A DNA stretch of 64,000 nucleotides from assembly GCA_937929825.1 (NCBI GenBank), contig CALFUV010000004.1, positions 1,042 to 65,041 of the forward strand. The letters are read 5' to 3'. Position 1 is the first letter of the stretch. Every line of letters starts with the position of its first letter. Below the pieces are notes generated by a model. It was not told the origin of the DNA. It did not search any database and was given only the letters and a program-made list of their open reading frames with translations. Source of the stretch: an uncultured Patescibacteria group bacterium. Its GTDB lineage: Bacteria > Patescibacteriota > Patescibacteriia > Veblenbacterales > UBA10138. Position numbers and translations under genes: made by a program. Positions 29,267 to 39,340 of the stretch are shown piece after piece.

Positions 29267-29674
29267 CTAATTGAGATTAATAGGTAAATATATAGGATTA
29301 TAAAATTTTTGTAAATCTCTCTGTAATAAAGAAAAAATAATTAGAGGATCAATATTATTATTTATTACAGATACCCTTCTCATCAATTTACTACAACTTT
29401 CAATAAACGGAACATCCATTATGGCTGGAGGGACCAAAATATAAATTAAACCCCAATAATTTACAACTTTTAGCTCATGTAGAAATTCTAGGGCTTCACT
29501 TTGATTTATAAATTCACCGATTATTATATCCGGTGAATCTACACCTGAACTCGCCCATTGAAAAGCTGCTTCTTTTTCCCCAATATAAACTTCAAATTTA
29601 TTTTCTATTAATATATATTGAAGATTTTTAAATACATCATCAACAAATAAAATTTTACCCTTAATTTTCTTCAT
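29267..29674 (-). CDS. Degenerate receiver (CheY-like) domain protein; start probably 29674
   Basis: KILFVDD and PDIIIGE resemble REC beta1 and beta3; AAGGT upstream of ATG 29674. Confidence 0.5.
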   Translation of the reverse strand: MKKIKGKILFVDDVFKNLQYILIENKFEVYIGEKEAAFQWASSGVDSPDIIIGEFINQSEALEFLHELKVVNYWGLIYILVPPAIMDVPFIESCSKLMRRVSVINNNIDPLIIFSLLQRDLQKFYNPIYLPINLN

Positions 29675-29760
29675 TTTTAATACCTTTATTTTATTTTTAA
29701 ATAAATTGATTTTCTGTTTTTGATTATTTATGCTTTTAATTGTCATTTATAACAGTCAAT

Positions 29761-30723
29761 ATGAATTCTGTCAAACCGCCAATGATAACTATAATCGGAC
29801 AAACAGCTTCTGGCAAATCTATTTTAGCTATAAAACTTGCCAAAAAATTTAATGGTGCAGTAATTTCTGCTGATTCACAACAAATATACAAATATGCAAA
29901 AATTGGCACTAATCAACCAACTGGCCAATGGCTAAAAGCAGATAAAAAATGGCAAAAAGTGATTAACAAAGACCAGCTCTACTTTGTTGCAGGCATCCCA
30001 CACTTTTTTATTGATGTTTTATCACCTAATAAACAGTATTCAGCAGCTCAATTTCAAAACAATACCAATAAATTATGCACAAAGTTATCAACAGCCAAAA
30101 TTTTACCAATATTAGCCGGAGGAACTGGTTTATATGTTTCAGCTATTGTTGAAAACTATAAATTTCCAAAAACAAAAGCTAATTTAAGTCTTAGAAAAAG
30201 GCTTAATAAGTTATCCACAACTGTCTTACAAAAAAAACTCAAAAAACTTGATTTAATCACTTGGCAATCAATAGATAAAACTAACCGACGTCGCTTGATA
30301 CGGGCCTTAGAACATATTATTACAACAGGTGAATCTTTTCGTGGCAGCCAACAAAAAAATATACGGCCTAATACTTTGATTATTGGCTTGAAAAAAAATA
30401 AAAATACTTTACACCAAGCAATAGTTAAACGTACTAATAAAATGTTTGATCAAGGTTTAATAAATGAAGTTAAGTTTTTACAAAAAAAATACCCCCATTC
30501 TCCACTACTACATTCAATTGGCTATCGTGAAGTGATAGATTATTTAAAAAATAAAATTACACAAACTGAATGCAGGCAAAAAATAATAAACCATACTTGG
30601 CAATATGCACGACGACAATTAACTTGGTTTAAAAAAATGTCTAATATTAAATGGGTTAATAATTACCAACAAGCCGAAAAAATTATTAAACATTTCTTAA
30701 AAAATTATTCTAATATTAACTAA
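29761..30723 (+). CDS. miaA: tRNA dimethylallyltransferase
   Basis: GQTASGKS, ISADS.QIY, GGTGLY, RRLIRALE, IGYRE, YARRQLTWF; start uncertain (29740/29761/29782). Confidence 0.95.
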   Translation: MNSVKPPMITIIGQTASGKSILAIKLAKKFNGAVISADSQQIYKYAKIGTNQPTGQWLKADKKWQKVINKDQLYFVAGIPHFFIDVLSPNKQYSAAQFQNNTNKLCTKLSTAKILPILAGGTGLYVSAIVENYKFPKTKANLSLRKRLNKLSTTVLQKKLKKLDLITWQSIDKTNRRRLIRALEHIITTGESFRGSQQKNIRPNTLIIGLKKNKNTLHQAIVKRTNKMFDQGLINEVKFLQKKYPHSPLLHSIGYREVIDYLKNKITQTECRQKIINHTWQYARRQLTWFKKMSNIKWVNNYQQAEKIIKHFLKNYSNIN

Positions 30724-32176
30724 TTCCAGCCTGTTTTTTAATTTCTTCCTCTATCAATACAGGATTAATTTTACCTTTAGTATTTTTCATAACTAAACCA
30801 ACAAAATATTTTATCAAAACAGTTTTACCTCTTCGCAATTCCTCAGCCTGAGTTAAATGTAAATTAATGACTTTACCAACCTCGTCTTCAACATTAAAAC
30901 TATTTTCCAGCTGTGATAAATCTTCATTTTTTATAATTTCAAAAGGAGGCTGACCGCTTTCTACCATTTTACGCAATAAAACTTGGGCATTAGTGGAATT
31001 TACTTGTCGTCGCGCCACCATTAGTAAAAACTGCACAAAATCAGAAACCCCAAACGGTAATTCGTTCAGACTTATTTTTTTATCAGCTAAAACTTCAGTT
31101 AATTTATTCACAATCCAATTAACTGCTAATTTGGCTGTAGCTCCAACACTGCCATCCAATTCACCTGCCAATTCAATAATTACCCGCTCAGTATAATCAC
31201 CTAACTGCTTATCTTCAGTTAAAAGACGGGCGTCAGCTGGTTTTAAATCATAACTTGACTGCCAGCGTCGACGACGAGCGGCTGGTAATTCCGGTAACTC
31301 TTCACGCCACATATCAACTTGTTCTTGAGTTAACCGTAAAAAGTGGATATCGGGCTCTGGAAAATAACGATAATCATTCTCAGCTTCTTTTTCTCTTTGA
31401 GCAATCGTTTCTCCCCTCAACTCATCCCATCCCCGAGTATTGGTGACTGAAACCGGCTGACCATTATGCCAAAGTTCACTTTGGCGTTTTATTTCATACT
31501 TTAAGGCTTTTTCTACTGAACGGAAAGAATTCAAATTCTTAATTTCTGTTTTAGAATATAAGTTATTATCACCCTTAGGTCGCAGAGAAATGTTAGCATC
31601 ACAACGTAAATGACCTTTTTCCATATCAGCATCAGATGCACCAATATAACGCATTATTAACCTTAATTCCTGTAAAAAAATTCTGGCTTCTTCCGGTGTT
31701 TTAATTGATGGCGTGGTAACTATTTCTAACAAAGGAATCCCAGCCCGATTAAAATCAATCAATGATTTTTTATTTTGATGTATCAATTTAGCTGTATCTT
31801 CTTCTAAATGTAATCGTTCTAAATCTATTTTTTTTAAACCAGCCGATGTTTCAATTTCCAAATAACCATTACTGGCTAAGGGTTCATCATACTGAGAAAT
31901 TTGATAACCCTTGGGTAAATCAGGATAAAAATAATTTTTACGATCAAATTTAGAATTTAAGTTTATATTAAAATTTAAAGACAAGGCTGCTTTTACCCCT
32001 ATTTCAATAGCTGCAGCATTTGGTACAGGTAAAGTACCCGGGTGGCCTAAACAAATAGGACAAACAGTAGTGTTGGGTGATTTATTTTCACCGCTGTTAT
32101 CACAAGAGCAAAACATTTTACTCTTGGTCTTTAGTTGAAGATGTATTTCTAAACCAATAATAGGTTCTAATTCCAT
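30716..32176 (-). CDS. gatB: Asp/Glu-tRNA amidotransferase subunit B
   Basis: IGLEIHLQL, FDRKNYFYPDLPKGYQISQ, LRCDANIS, DYRYFPEPD. Confidence 0.98.
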   Translation of the reverse strand: MELEPIIGLEIHLQLKTKSKMFCSCDNSGENKSPNTTVCPICLGHPGTLPVPNAAAIEIGVKAALSLNFNINLNSKFDRKNYFYPDLPKGYQISQYDEPLASNGYLEIETSAGLKKIDLERLHLEEDTAKLIHQNKKSLIDFNRAGIPLLEIVTTPSIKTPEEARIFLQELRLIMRYIGASDADMEKGHLRCDANISLRPKGDNNLYSKTEIKNLNSFRSVEKALKYEIKRQSELWHNGQPVSVTNTRGWDELRGETIAQREKEAENDYRYFPEPDIHFLRLTQEQVDMWREELPELPAARRRRWQSSYDLKPADARLLTEDKQLGDYTERVIIELAGELDGSVGATAKLAVNWIVNKLTEVLADKKISLNELPFGVSDFVQFLLMVARRQVNSTNAQVLLRKMVESGQPPFEIIKNEDLSQLENSFNVEDEVGKVINLHLTQAEELRRGKTVLIKYFVGLVMKNTKGKINPVLIEEEIKKQAGIS

Positions 32177-32245
32177 ATGTTGTTAAGTGTAGCAAAAATT
32201 CATATAAAAAGCCTAGCCCCAAAAAGGTACTAGGCAAAAATTTAA

Positions 32246-33118
32246 TTAATAGACGGCCGGCATAAAACAACGATGTAATTCTAGTAATTTTTTTTCCTCC
32301 AAACTCAATATTGGAGTAAAAATAATTTTTTCTGAATATTTTCTCTCTATCCAAAAAACATCTCCTACCAGATTATAAAAACCTGGCGTTCTTTCTCGTA
32401 GCCATTGGGCTACGGCATTTCTAATTTTTTCCGGAGTGGTTAATTCGGTTGAGCCAAAATATTTTTTCTCCTGTTCTATTATTTCCTCAAGCAGAGCTTG
32501 GGAAAATTTTTTTTGTTCAGGATTTAAATTTTTACTGAATAGTTCCTTACACATCTGTTGAACTCGACCTCGCCAATGAAGAAGTATTTTAGCGGCTAAA
32601 CCTCGTAGCAATTTGGATTCAAAAGCGCCTAACCTAAATAATTGACGACGGAAAATATCAGCAGCACAAAAATCTTCTAATTGTTTTTTGGAGTATACCA
32701 TGGCTCCATAAACCTTGGAAACTAAAGGCAAATCCAAAAAACTTGAAAAAGCTACTAAGGTACCAAATGCGCCAGCGTCGTCTAGTTGAATGAGGGGCTT
32801 AACACAATAATTAAAACCCTCATTTTTCTCATCTAGAGTAACTTCATTAAGTGGTTTACCAATACCACTAGCATAAGCTGGAGTAAAAAAAGTTATATCA
32901 AAAGGACCGCTTGACAATGGTGATTCTAACCATGATGAGTCATTAATAACTTCACTAGACAATTTTATTATCATTATCTCGTTAGCTAATGGAATTGGCT
33001 TATAACTGGTAGTAGTGGCTACAATATAAGCTCCGTGACTATAAACTTGACGGACGGCTGCAATGGCAGCCTGTCCAACGACACCACTGGCGCCGATGAC
33101 CAATATTTTCTTTTTCAT
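32246..33118 (-). CDS. Rossmann-fold (atypical SDR-like) hypothetical protein
   Basis: ILVIGASGVVG dinucleotide-binding motif; YGAMVYSK resembles an extended YxxxK; SD AAGGAG. Confidence 0.6.
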   Translation of the reverse strand: MKKKILVIGASGVVGQAAIAAVRQVYSHGAYIVATTTSYKPIPLANEIMIIKLSSEVINDSSWLESPLSSGPFDITFFTPAYASGIGKPLNEVTLDEKNEGFNYCVKPLIQLDDAGAFGTLVAFSSFLDLPLVSKVYGAMVYSKKQLEDFCAADIFRRQLFRLGAFESKLLRGLAAKILLHWRGRVQQMCKELFSKNLNPEQKKFSQALLEEIIEQEKKYFGSTELTTPEKIRNAVAQWLRERTPGFYNLVGDVFWIERKYSEKIIFTPILSLEEKKLLELHRCFMPAVY

Positions 33119-33131
33119 AATTATCTCCTTT

Positions 33132-33830
33132 TTAATTTACTTTTTTGATGGTTGGTTTAATTACTATTTTATCCCAAACCTTATGATGTATTTCCTTGGG
33201 TGTCAAGAGCCTGCCTGCTTCTAGACATTTAATAACTTTGGCTTTAATTAAACTTGCCAGCTGTAAATATCTCTCTTCGGCAGCTTTTAAATGTGTCAAA
33301 TCAGCCTCATGAAGATCTTTTTTAACACCTGATTTTATGTAACCTCTGATATTCTTTTTAATAACCAACTTTTGAGCAATTTCAGCTGGTACATGCAATA
33401 ATATTGTTAGATTTGGTTTAGGCAAACCTAAAACATTAAATTCCAAATTAAACAACCACTGCCAATATTTCTTTAATTCTCTACTTGACTTTATCTTTCC
33501 GCCTTGATGAGCCGCGTTAGAAAGAGTAAATCTATTAGCTACTACTATCCTGCCTTGTTTAAGCCATAAATGAAGCTTATTCTTAACGGAATAACGATCT
33601 AGGGCATAAAAAAGAGAAGCAATATAAGGTGAAACATTTTTACCATATTCACCGTTTAAATATTTCTCCACATAATAAGCCGATGGTTTGCCGTATTGTG
33701 GAAAATCCAACTTAGAAACTTTATAACCACAACGTCGCAAAGCCGAAACTAATAACTTAAATTGTGTACCTTTACCAGAGCCGTCTGTTCCCTCAATAGC
33801 AATAAAAAAACCTTTTTTAACTTTTTTCAT
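33132..33830 (-). CDS. tmk: Thymidylate kinase
   Basis: IEGTDGSGKGTQ, FPQY, LFYALDR, LPKPNL; start likely 33830. Confidence 0.9.
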   Translation of the reverse strand: MKKVKKGFFIAIEGTDGSGKGTQFKLLVSALRRCGYKVSKLDFPQYGKPSAYYVEKYLNGEYGKNVSPYIASLFYALDRYSVKNKLHLWLKQGRIVVANRFTLSNAAHQGGKIKSSRELKKYWQWLFNLEFNVLGLPKPNLTILLHVPAEIAQKLVIKKNIRGYIKSGVKKDLHEADLTHLKAAEERYLQLASLIKAKVIKCLEAGRLLTPKEIHHKVWDKIVIKPTIKKVN

Positions 33831-34323
33831 AAACCACAAACTTATAAGTAATATGGCCTTCGGTTATTGGCTCGGATTCACTTTTTTTAATAAACTGGGC
33901 CGGAATCTCGGGGAAAAAAGTATCACAATTAAAATTACCTTGTATTTCTGTTAAATACAATTTTTGACACAAGGGATGAACTATGGCTTGCCTATATACT
34001 TGCCCGCCACCAATGACAAAAATTTGCTCTACAGACTTGCTGATAAGTGTTGCAAGAGCCTCATCAATGGATTGTGCCTTATAAACCCCTTTAGGTAATT
34101 GAAAATACTTTTCTGTTAAAACTATATTTATTCTTTGCGGCAATGGCCTAAATTTCTCAGGTAAAGAAAGCCAAGTAGTTCGGCCCATAATAATGCCATT
34201 ATTCCCCCTACCTACGGTAATCTTTTTAAAATACTCCATATCACCTTGTAAATTCCAAGGCAAACCTCCTTTTATACCAATGCCTCTCTTATCATCAATT
34301 GCTGAAATAATAGAAAAATACAT
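33817..34323 (-). CDS. folA: Dihydrofolate reductase
   Basis: IGIKGGLPW, MGRTTW, RPLPQRINIV, IGGGQVY, CDTFFP. Confidence 0.96.
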   Translation of the reverse strand: MYFSIISAIDDKRGIGIKGGLPWNLQGDMEYFKKITVGRGNNGIIMGRTTWLSLPEKFRPLPQRINIVLTEKYFQLPKGVYKAQSIDEALATLISKSVEQIFVIGGGQVYRQAIVHPLCQKLYLTEIQGNFNCDTFFPEIPAQFIKKSESEPITEGHITYKFVVYEKS

Positions 34324-34375
34324 AATCTTTATTTATTCTACTATATTAATATAAATATATCTTTTAAATTATTTA

Positions 34376-35302
34376 CTAAACCGCAATTTGAAACTTAATA
34401 AAGGGATGGCTTTGATAATTTTCCAACACAAAATCGTCTGGTGTTAATTCGTCCATAGGTTTGGATGATATTTTTAATGTTGGTAAAGGCAAGGGTTGAC
34501 GATCAAGTTGTTCTTTTATACCTTCTAAATGATTTTGGTAAATATGAGCATCTCCAAAAGTGTGAATAAAAATCCCAGGAGTAAGATTGGTCTCTTGAGC
34601 AATTATGGTTAAAAGGGTGGCATAAGAAGCAATATTATAAGGTACACCCAAAGCCATATCAGCACTGCGCTGATAAAGCTGTAAATCAAGCCTGCCTTCT
34701 TGTGAAACATAAAACTGAAAAACAGTATGACAAGAAGGCGGCGCATAATGACGGGCCTTTATGAGGCCCTGCATCTCTCCTACATTCCAACCGTTTACAA
34801 TCAAACGACGGGAATATGGGTCATTCTTAATTGTCTTTATTATCTGTTGGATTTGATCTATTTCCCGTCCATCTTTTGTACCCCAACGACGCCACTGTTT
34901 ACCATAAACAGGTCCAAGCTCACCCCATCTCTGGGAAAAATCATCATCATTTTTTATTCTCTCTACAAATTTAGCCATTTCAAACTGCCATTCTTCAGAA
35001 TAACGGGGAAATTTTTCTAATAACTTATTCTCTTCTAAATAAATCTCAAAAGCCCATTCGTTCCAAATATTCACACCGTTCTGCACCAAATATTGAATAT
35101 TAGTATCGCCACGTAAAAACCATAATAATTCCACCACTATATTACGGTAATTAACCTTTTTAGTGGTAACTAAAGGAAAACCTTGTCTTAAATCAAATTT
35201 CCTTTGAGCACCAAACAAAGAAACTGTACCAATTCCCGTACGATCTTGACGCACTTCACCTTTATCTAATATTTCCTGCAATAGACTCAGATATTGCTGC
35301 AT
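34376..35302 (-). CDS. thyA: Thymidylate synthase
   Basis: [46 protein letters not shown]. Confidence 0.97.
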   Translation of the reverse strand: MQQYLSLLQEILDKGEVRQDRTGIGTVSLFGAQRKFDLRQGFPLVTTKKVNYRNIVVELLWFLRGDTNIQYLVQNGVNIWNEWAFEIYLEENKLLEKFPRYSEEWQFEMAKFVERIKNDDDFSQRWGELGPVYGKQWRRWGTKDGREIDQIQQIIKTIKNDPYSRRLIVNGWNVGEMQGLIKARHYAPPSCHTVFQFYVSQEGRLDLQLYQRSADMALGVPYNIASYATLLTIIAQETNLTPGIFIHTFGDAHIYQNHLEGIKEQLDRQPLPLPTLKISSKPMDELTPDDFVLENYQSHPFIKFQIAV

Positions 35303-35439
35303 AGATAATAGTTACGATTGATAAGTACTATACTGTAAGATAGCGCTAAATCAAATATATCACAACTTAACAAAAAATTACTCACCACCTTACAAACTGG
35401 TGAAAAATTAATTTAATTACTCTACTAAAAATCAGCCTG

Positions 35440-35865
35440 TTATTTACCCGTACTGCCAAAACCACCTTCACCTCTTGAGGTCTCCGATAAAACTTGAACT
35501 TCCTCTACTTCAACTCTTTCCACTTTTTGAAGAAGCATTTGCATGACTTTTTCACCCTGCTTGAAATGATAATCAGTATCACTGGTATTAAGAAGTGTTA
35601 ATAGTAATTCTCCTCTATAACCAGAATCTATTACTCCTGCCATTACCTTTAATCCATGTTTAGCTGCTAAACCTGATTTATCCCAAAAAAGACCTACATA
35701 ACCATCTGGTATAGCCACAGCCAGTCCTGTGCGAATACCTGTCCTACGACCACGGGCTGGTACCACAAAATCTTCTAAAGCGTAAAAATCAAGGCCGGCA
35801 TCTCCTAAATGTTCATAAGACGGCAACTTAGCCTGTGGATCAAGTTTTTTAACTTGTAATTTCAT
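35440..35865 (-). CDS. dut: dUTPase
   Basis: DAGLD, KSGLA, GVIDSGYRGE, RGEGGFGSTG. Confidence 0.96.
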   Translation of the reverse strand: MKLQVKKLDPQAKLPSYEHLGDAGLDFYALEDFVVPARGRRTGIRTGLAVAIPDGYVGLFWDKSGLAAKHGLKVMAGVIDSGYRGELLLTLLNTSDTDYHFKQGEKVMQMLLQKVERVEVEEVQVLSETSRGEGGFGSTGK

Positions 35866-35975
35866 AATATTAGGGGGAGGAATTAATATTTTCTTAATTA
35901 ATATACTGATTCATATTCAATAATCATCTTTTTTAAATTTTTAAGATTAAATAAAAAATATCACACCTCATATTA

Positions 35976-36548
35976 TTATAAATATTTTTTAACCAACTCT
36001 TTTTCAATTTTATTATACAATTCTTGTATTGTGCCGTCATTAATAATTTTTAACTGGGCTCTTCTTCCTAGTTTGCTAATATAAACTTCGGTTACTGCTT
36101 TTTCTTCACGCTTAAAATCAGTTAAACTTACTTTATTCTCACCGACTTTTTCCCTGCGCTGTCTAGCTCGTTCATAACGCAATGATAAAGGAGCTGTTAA
36201 ATATACCAATAAAAATCCAGGCAATTTTTTTAATAAATCATATTCAGCCGGATGACGCAGACCATCTATCACCACTCTCTTATAACCGTGAGAAATTATA
36301 TCCTGCTTAATTACTTGGGCTAAAATTCCTCCGCCAAATCTTTCTCTAAGCGCACTTACTAAATTAATTTGATTAGATCGGCTAATTGGTAAATGTAAAC
36401 GATTTAAAATATCCGATATAATACGGGAAAAATGATAACCGTAAAAATTGTGTCTCTTAATAAGATACTGCGCAGCCACTTCTTTACCAGCAAGTTTTTC
36501 CCCCACAAAAACTACTACTGCCGGTTTTATTTTTTTCTTTAATGCCAT
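35976..36548 (-). CDS. P-loop nucleotide monophosphate kinase-like protein
   Basis: GEKLAGKE P-loop, VVIDGLRHPAE, IINDGT; lies between dcd and dut. Confidence 0.75.
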   Translation of the reverse strand: MALKKKIKPAVVVFVGEKLAGKEVAAQYLIKRHNFYGYHFSRIISDILNRLHLPISRSNQINLVSALRERFGGGILAQVIKQDIISHGYKRVVIDGLRHPAEYDLLKKLPGFLLVYLTAPLSLRYERARQRREKVGENKVSLTDFKREEKAVTEVYISKLGRRAQLKIINDGTIQELYNKIEKELVKKYL

Positions 36549-36553
36549 AATAA

Positions 36554-37135
36554 TTAATCTTGATTGCTTAATTCCTCTGATAACTTAGAAGCTAATGGCT
36601 TAGTTTGTCCTGAATATTTATTGCTATGCTTAGCATAATAGGGCACTTCTACTGGTCCCGATACCTCTTCAAAAGTAAAAGCACATATTCTTATACCTGG
36701 ATACAATGCCACCGGCATAACTCCTAAATTACCTAATTCCATAGTTGGCACACCACGCCAGCCGGGATCAAAAATTGAAGCTGTGCCGTGAACTATTATT
36801 CCTAAACGACCCAGTGAACTTCGACCTTCAATTCTACCTAAAATATCATCAGCTAACTCTAAATTTTCCTCTACACTGGCAAGGGCAAAATCACCCGGCT
36901 GTATAATAAAAGGTTCATCAGTTGAAATAATTATTTCATCCATTAACTTATCAATATCCACTTGTCTTTTTAAATCAATATAAGGATAACGCGAATGCCT
37001 AAAAACCCGAAAGTTTCTGCCCAAATGCAAATCAATGGAACATGAACCTAATTGTTTTGCCAAATCAGGCGCTGGTGTTATTTTTATTCTTCCCGTCGAG
37101 AGCGCCTTTTTAATATCTCGGTCAGAAAGTATCAT
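36554..37135 (-). CDS. dcd: dCTP deaminase
   Basis: MILSDRDI, SIDLHL, EGRSSLGRLG, DPGWRG..TMELGN, KYSGQ. Confidence 0.96.
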   Translation of the reverse strand: MILSDRDIKKALSTGRIKITPAPDLAKQLGSCSIDLHLGRNFRVFRHSRYPYIDLKRQVDIDKLMDEIIISTDEPFIIQPGDFALASVEENLELADDILGRIEGRSSLGRLGIIVHGTASIFDPGWRGVPTMELGNLGVMPVALYPGIRICAFTFEEVSGPVEVPYYAKHSNKYSGQTKPLASKLSEELSNQD

Positions 37136-37138
37136 AAA

Positions 37139-37825
37139 CTAAACTATGTTCAATTTAATAGACGGGCTCATAGAAGCAGCTAGGGTAATATTTTTAAAAT
37201 ATGTTCCTTTAGCAGCCGCTGGTCTGGCTTTTTTCAAGGATTCTATAACAGCATTAATATTTTCTAATAATTTATCATCAGAAAAAGAAAGCCGCCCAAC
37301 TACCAAATGAACATTACCGGTATCATCAGCTTTATAACTTACCTTACCAGCTAGTAATTTACCTACCACCTCACCCACATTTGGTGTTATGGTTTCTGTT
37401 TTTGGATTAGGCATTAATCCTTGCTGGCCAAGTATTTTAGCAATTGGTGCTAATAGTTTCATCATTTCAGGTGTAGCTATAGCAATATCAAAATCGCACT
37501 TCTTACTGGCTTGTATATCTTTAATTAATTCTTCTCCACCTGCAATATAAGCACCGGCGGCTTTGGCTTCTTTTACTTTTTCCTCGCCGCAAAAAACCGC
37601 TACTCTTATTTTTTTGCCTGTGCCATGAGGTAAACTTACACTGCTGCGTACTAGTTGATTGACCTGTTTAACATCTATACCAAGTTTAGCATGAAGTTCA
37701 ACGGCTGAATCAAATTTAGTTGACGGCATTTGTTTTAATAACTTAATAGCCTCGCTGGGGCTATAGGCCTTGCCTTGTTCAATCAACTTAACAGCGGCCT
37801 GATATTTTTTACTTCTGATTGCCAT
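37139..37825 (-). CDS. rplA: 50S ribosomal protein L1
   Basis: KFDSAVE, LPHGTGK, GLMPNPK, PAAAKG. Confidence 0.98.
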   Translation of the reverse strand: MAIRSKKYQAAVKLIEQGKAYSPSEAIKLLKQMPSTKFDSAVELHAKLGIDVKQVNQLVRSSVSLPHGTGKKIRVAVFCGEEKVKEAKAAGAYIAGGEELIKDIQASKKCDFDIAIATPEMMKLLAPIAKILGQQGLMPNPKTETITPNVGEVVGKLLAGKVSYKADDTGNVHLVVGRLSFSDDKLLENINAVIESLKKARPAAAKGTYFKNITLAASMSPSIKLNIV

Positions 37826-37838
37826 ATTTATTCCTTTC

Positions 37839-37875
37839 AGGTGGTGCTAACCTTTATTTTTATAAAGTCCCACCA
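37839..37875 (-). promoter_or_regulatory. Probable L1-binding autoregulatory leader before rplA
   Basis: GGUGGGA-CUUUAU/AUAAAG-GUUAGCA-CCACC hairpin with asymmetric internal loop, adjacent to SD AAGGA. Confidence 0.65.
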
Positions 37876-37927
37876 GATTAATAAATAATATTAATTACTT
37901 AATTATAATTTATTTGATTAAAATTTA

Positions 37928-38356
37928 CTAACCTTCCACCACAATACCCATATTCCTAGCCGTGCCTTCAATAATTTTCATAGCCGCGGCCAAGTCATTG
38001 GCATTAAGATCAGGCATCTTAATTTTGGCAATCTCTTCAATTTGTGCTCTTGTCACCTTGCCAACTTTCTCCTGTAAGGGCTTGCCCGAACCTTTTTCAA
38101 TTTTAGCCGCTTTTTTCAACAATTCAGCCGCCGGTGGAGTTTTCAGAATAAAAGTATAGGTTCTGTCCTCATAAACTGTCATTTCTACAGGGGTCACCTC
38201 GCCCAGCCTGTCCTGTGTGGCGGCATTAAATTTTTGCACAAATTCGGCAATATTAAGGCCATGTGGACCTAAAGCTGTACCTACCGGTGGGGCTGGTGTA
38301 GCTTTACCACCAGGAATTTGTAATTTGATAATTGTTTTAACTTTCTTTGGTGGCAT
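37928..38356 (-). CDS. rplK: 50S ribosomal protein L11
   Basis: [25 protein letters not shown]. Confidence 0.98.
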   Translation of the reverse strand: MPPKKVKTIIKLQIPGGKATPAPPVGTALGPHGLNIAEFVQKFNAATQDRLGEVTPVEMTVYEDRTYTFILKTPPAAELLKKAAKIEKGSGKPLQEKVGKVTRAQIEEIAKIKMPDLNANDLAAAMKIIEGTARNMGIVVEG

Positions 38357-38392
38357 AATAAAAAATCAAAATTTAAATATTAAAAATAAAAA

Positions 38393-38938
38393 TTATAATT
38401 TCTGAATTTGTAAACTATCAAGCTCTACCGGAGTTTCACGACCAAACATAGAAACCAGTGCCTTAATCTTACCCCGAGCCTCATCCACTTCGGCTACTTT
38501 GCCTTCAAAATCCTTAAATGGACCATCAATAATTTTAACCGGTGTGCCGGGCGAAACATCAATCTGATATTTAGGCTCCTGAATACCCATACGCTTTTGA
38601 AGTTCTTTAATTTCTGATTCATCAATCGGCGTAGGAGTAGTACCTGTGCCAATAAATCCAGTAACATTAGGGGTATTACGCACTACATACCAACTATCAT
38701 CAGTTACTATCATTTCCACCAGTACGTAGCCGGGAAATATTTTTTCCTCTATCACCCGACGCCTACCGTTCTTGATACGAATTTTTTTTTCAGTTGGAAT
38801 AAGTACGTTGAATATTTTATCCGACATATCCATGGATTCAATTCGTTGTTTTAAATTACGCGCAACATTCTCCTCATACCCGGAATATGTATGAATAGCA
38901 TACCAGCGTTTAGCTTGTTGCCCTGTTTGACGAGACAT
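38393..38938 (-). CDS. nusG: Transcription factor NusG
   Basis: WYAIHTYSGYE, FPGYVLVEM, TPNVTGF, KOW GPF, FGRETPVEL. Confidence 0.98.
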   Translation of the reverse strand: MSRQTGQQAKRWYAIHTYSGYEENVARNLKQRIESMDMSDKIFNVLIPTEKKIRIKNGRRRVIEEKIFPGYVLVEMIVTDDSWYVVRNTPNVTGFIGTGTTPTPIDESEIKELQKRMGIQEPKYQIDVSPGTPVKIIDGPFKDFEGKVAEVDEARGKIKALVSMFGRETPVELDSLQIQKL

Positions 38939-38977
38939 AAGTATTATAATTCTAAAATTAACTTTAAAAAATAAGTA

Positions 38978-39169
38978 TTAGCCGAGGAATAATATTTTTT
39001 CCAATCCCAAATTAAGTAAAAAATCAACCGCTCCCAAAAAAGCTGCCAAAAAAACTGATAAAGCTATAACTATCAGCGTATGTTGAATTATTTCATTTTT
39101 AGTAGGCCAAACAACTTTTTTCAACTCTTCCCAAGCCCCCTTAAAATATGAAATTAATGTATTTACCAT
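38978..39169 (-). CDS. secE: Preprotein translocase SecE
   Basis: ELKKVVWPT followed by a TM helix; upstream of nusG. Confidence 0.95.
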   Translation of the reverse strand: MVNTLISYFKGAWEELKKVVWPTKNEIIQHTLIVIALSVFLAAFLGAVDFLLNLGLEKILFLG

Positions 39170-39284
39170 AAAAAATTTGCTAAAATTAGGCTTTTTTAAA
39201 AGGCCTTTGTGGGCCTTTGTTTTAACAAATATATAATACCAGCTAAGTTAAATTATGGCAAGTATCACATAATAAAAATTAAAA

Positions 39285-39323
39285 ATCGGCCCAAAGCATA
39301 TTATTAATTAATGCTGAGCCGAT
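39285..39323 (-). terminator. Hairpin after the radical SAM gene
   Basis: ATCGGC..AGCAT / ATGCT..GCCGAT, then a T-rich run on the minus strand. Confidence 0.55.
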
Positions 39324-39340
39324 CATTTGATGATATTATT

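Noticed and set aside
33132-37135. Nucleotide gene cluster as a prophage or DNA-hypermodification locus
   Set aside because: No integrase or structural phage genes; ThyA keeps the dUMP-specific Asn; flanks are core genes
39170-39340. tRNA-Trp or rpmG expected upstream of secE
   Set aside because: No cloverleaf, TTCRA T-loop or L33 ORF found; only short palindromes and a promoter-like region
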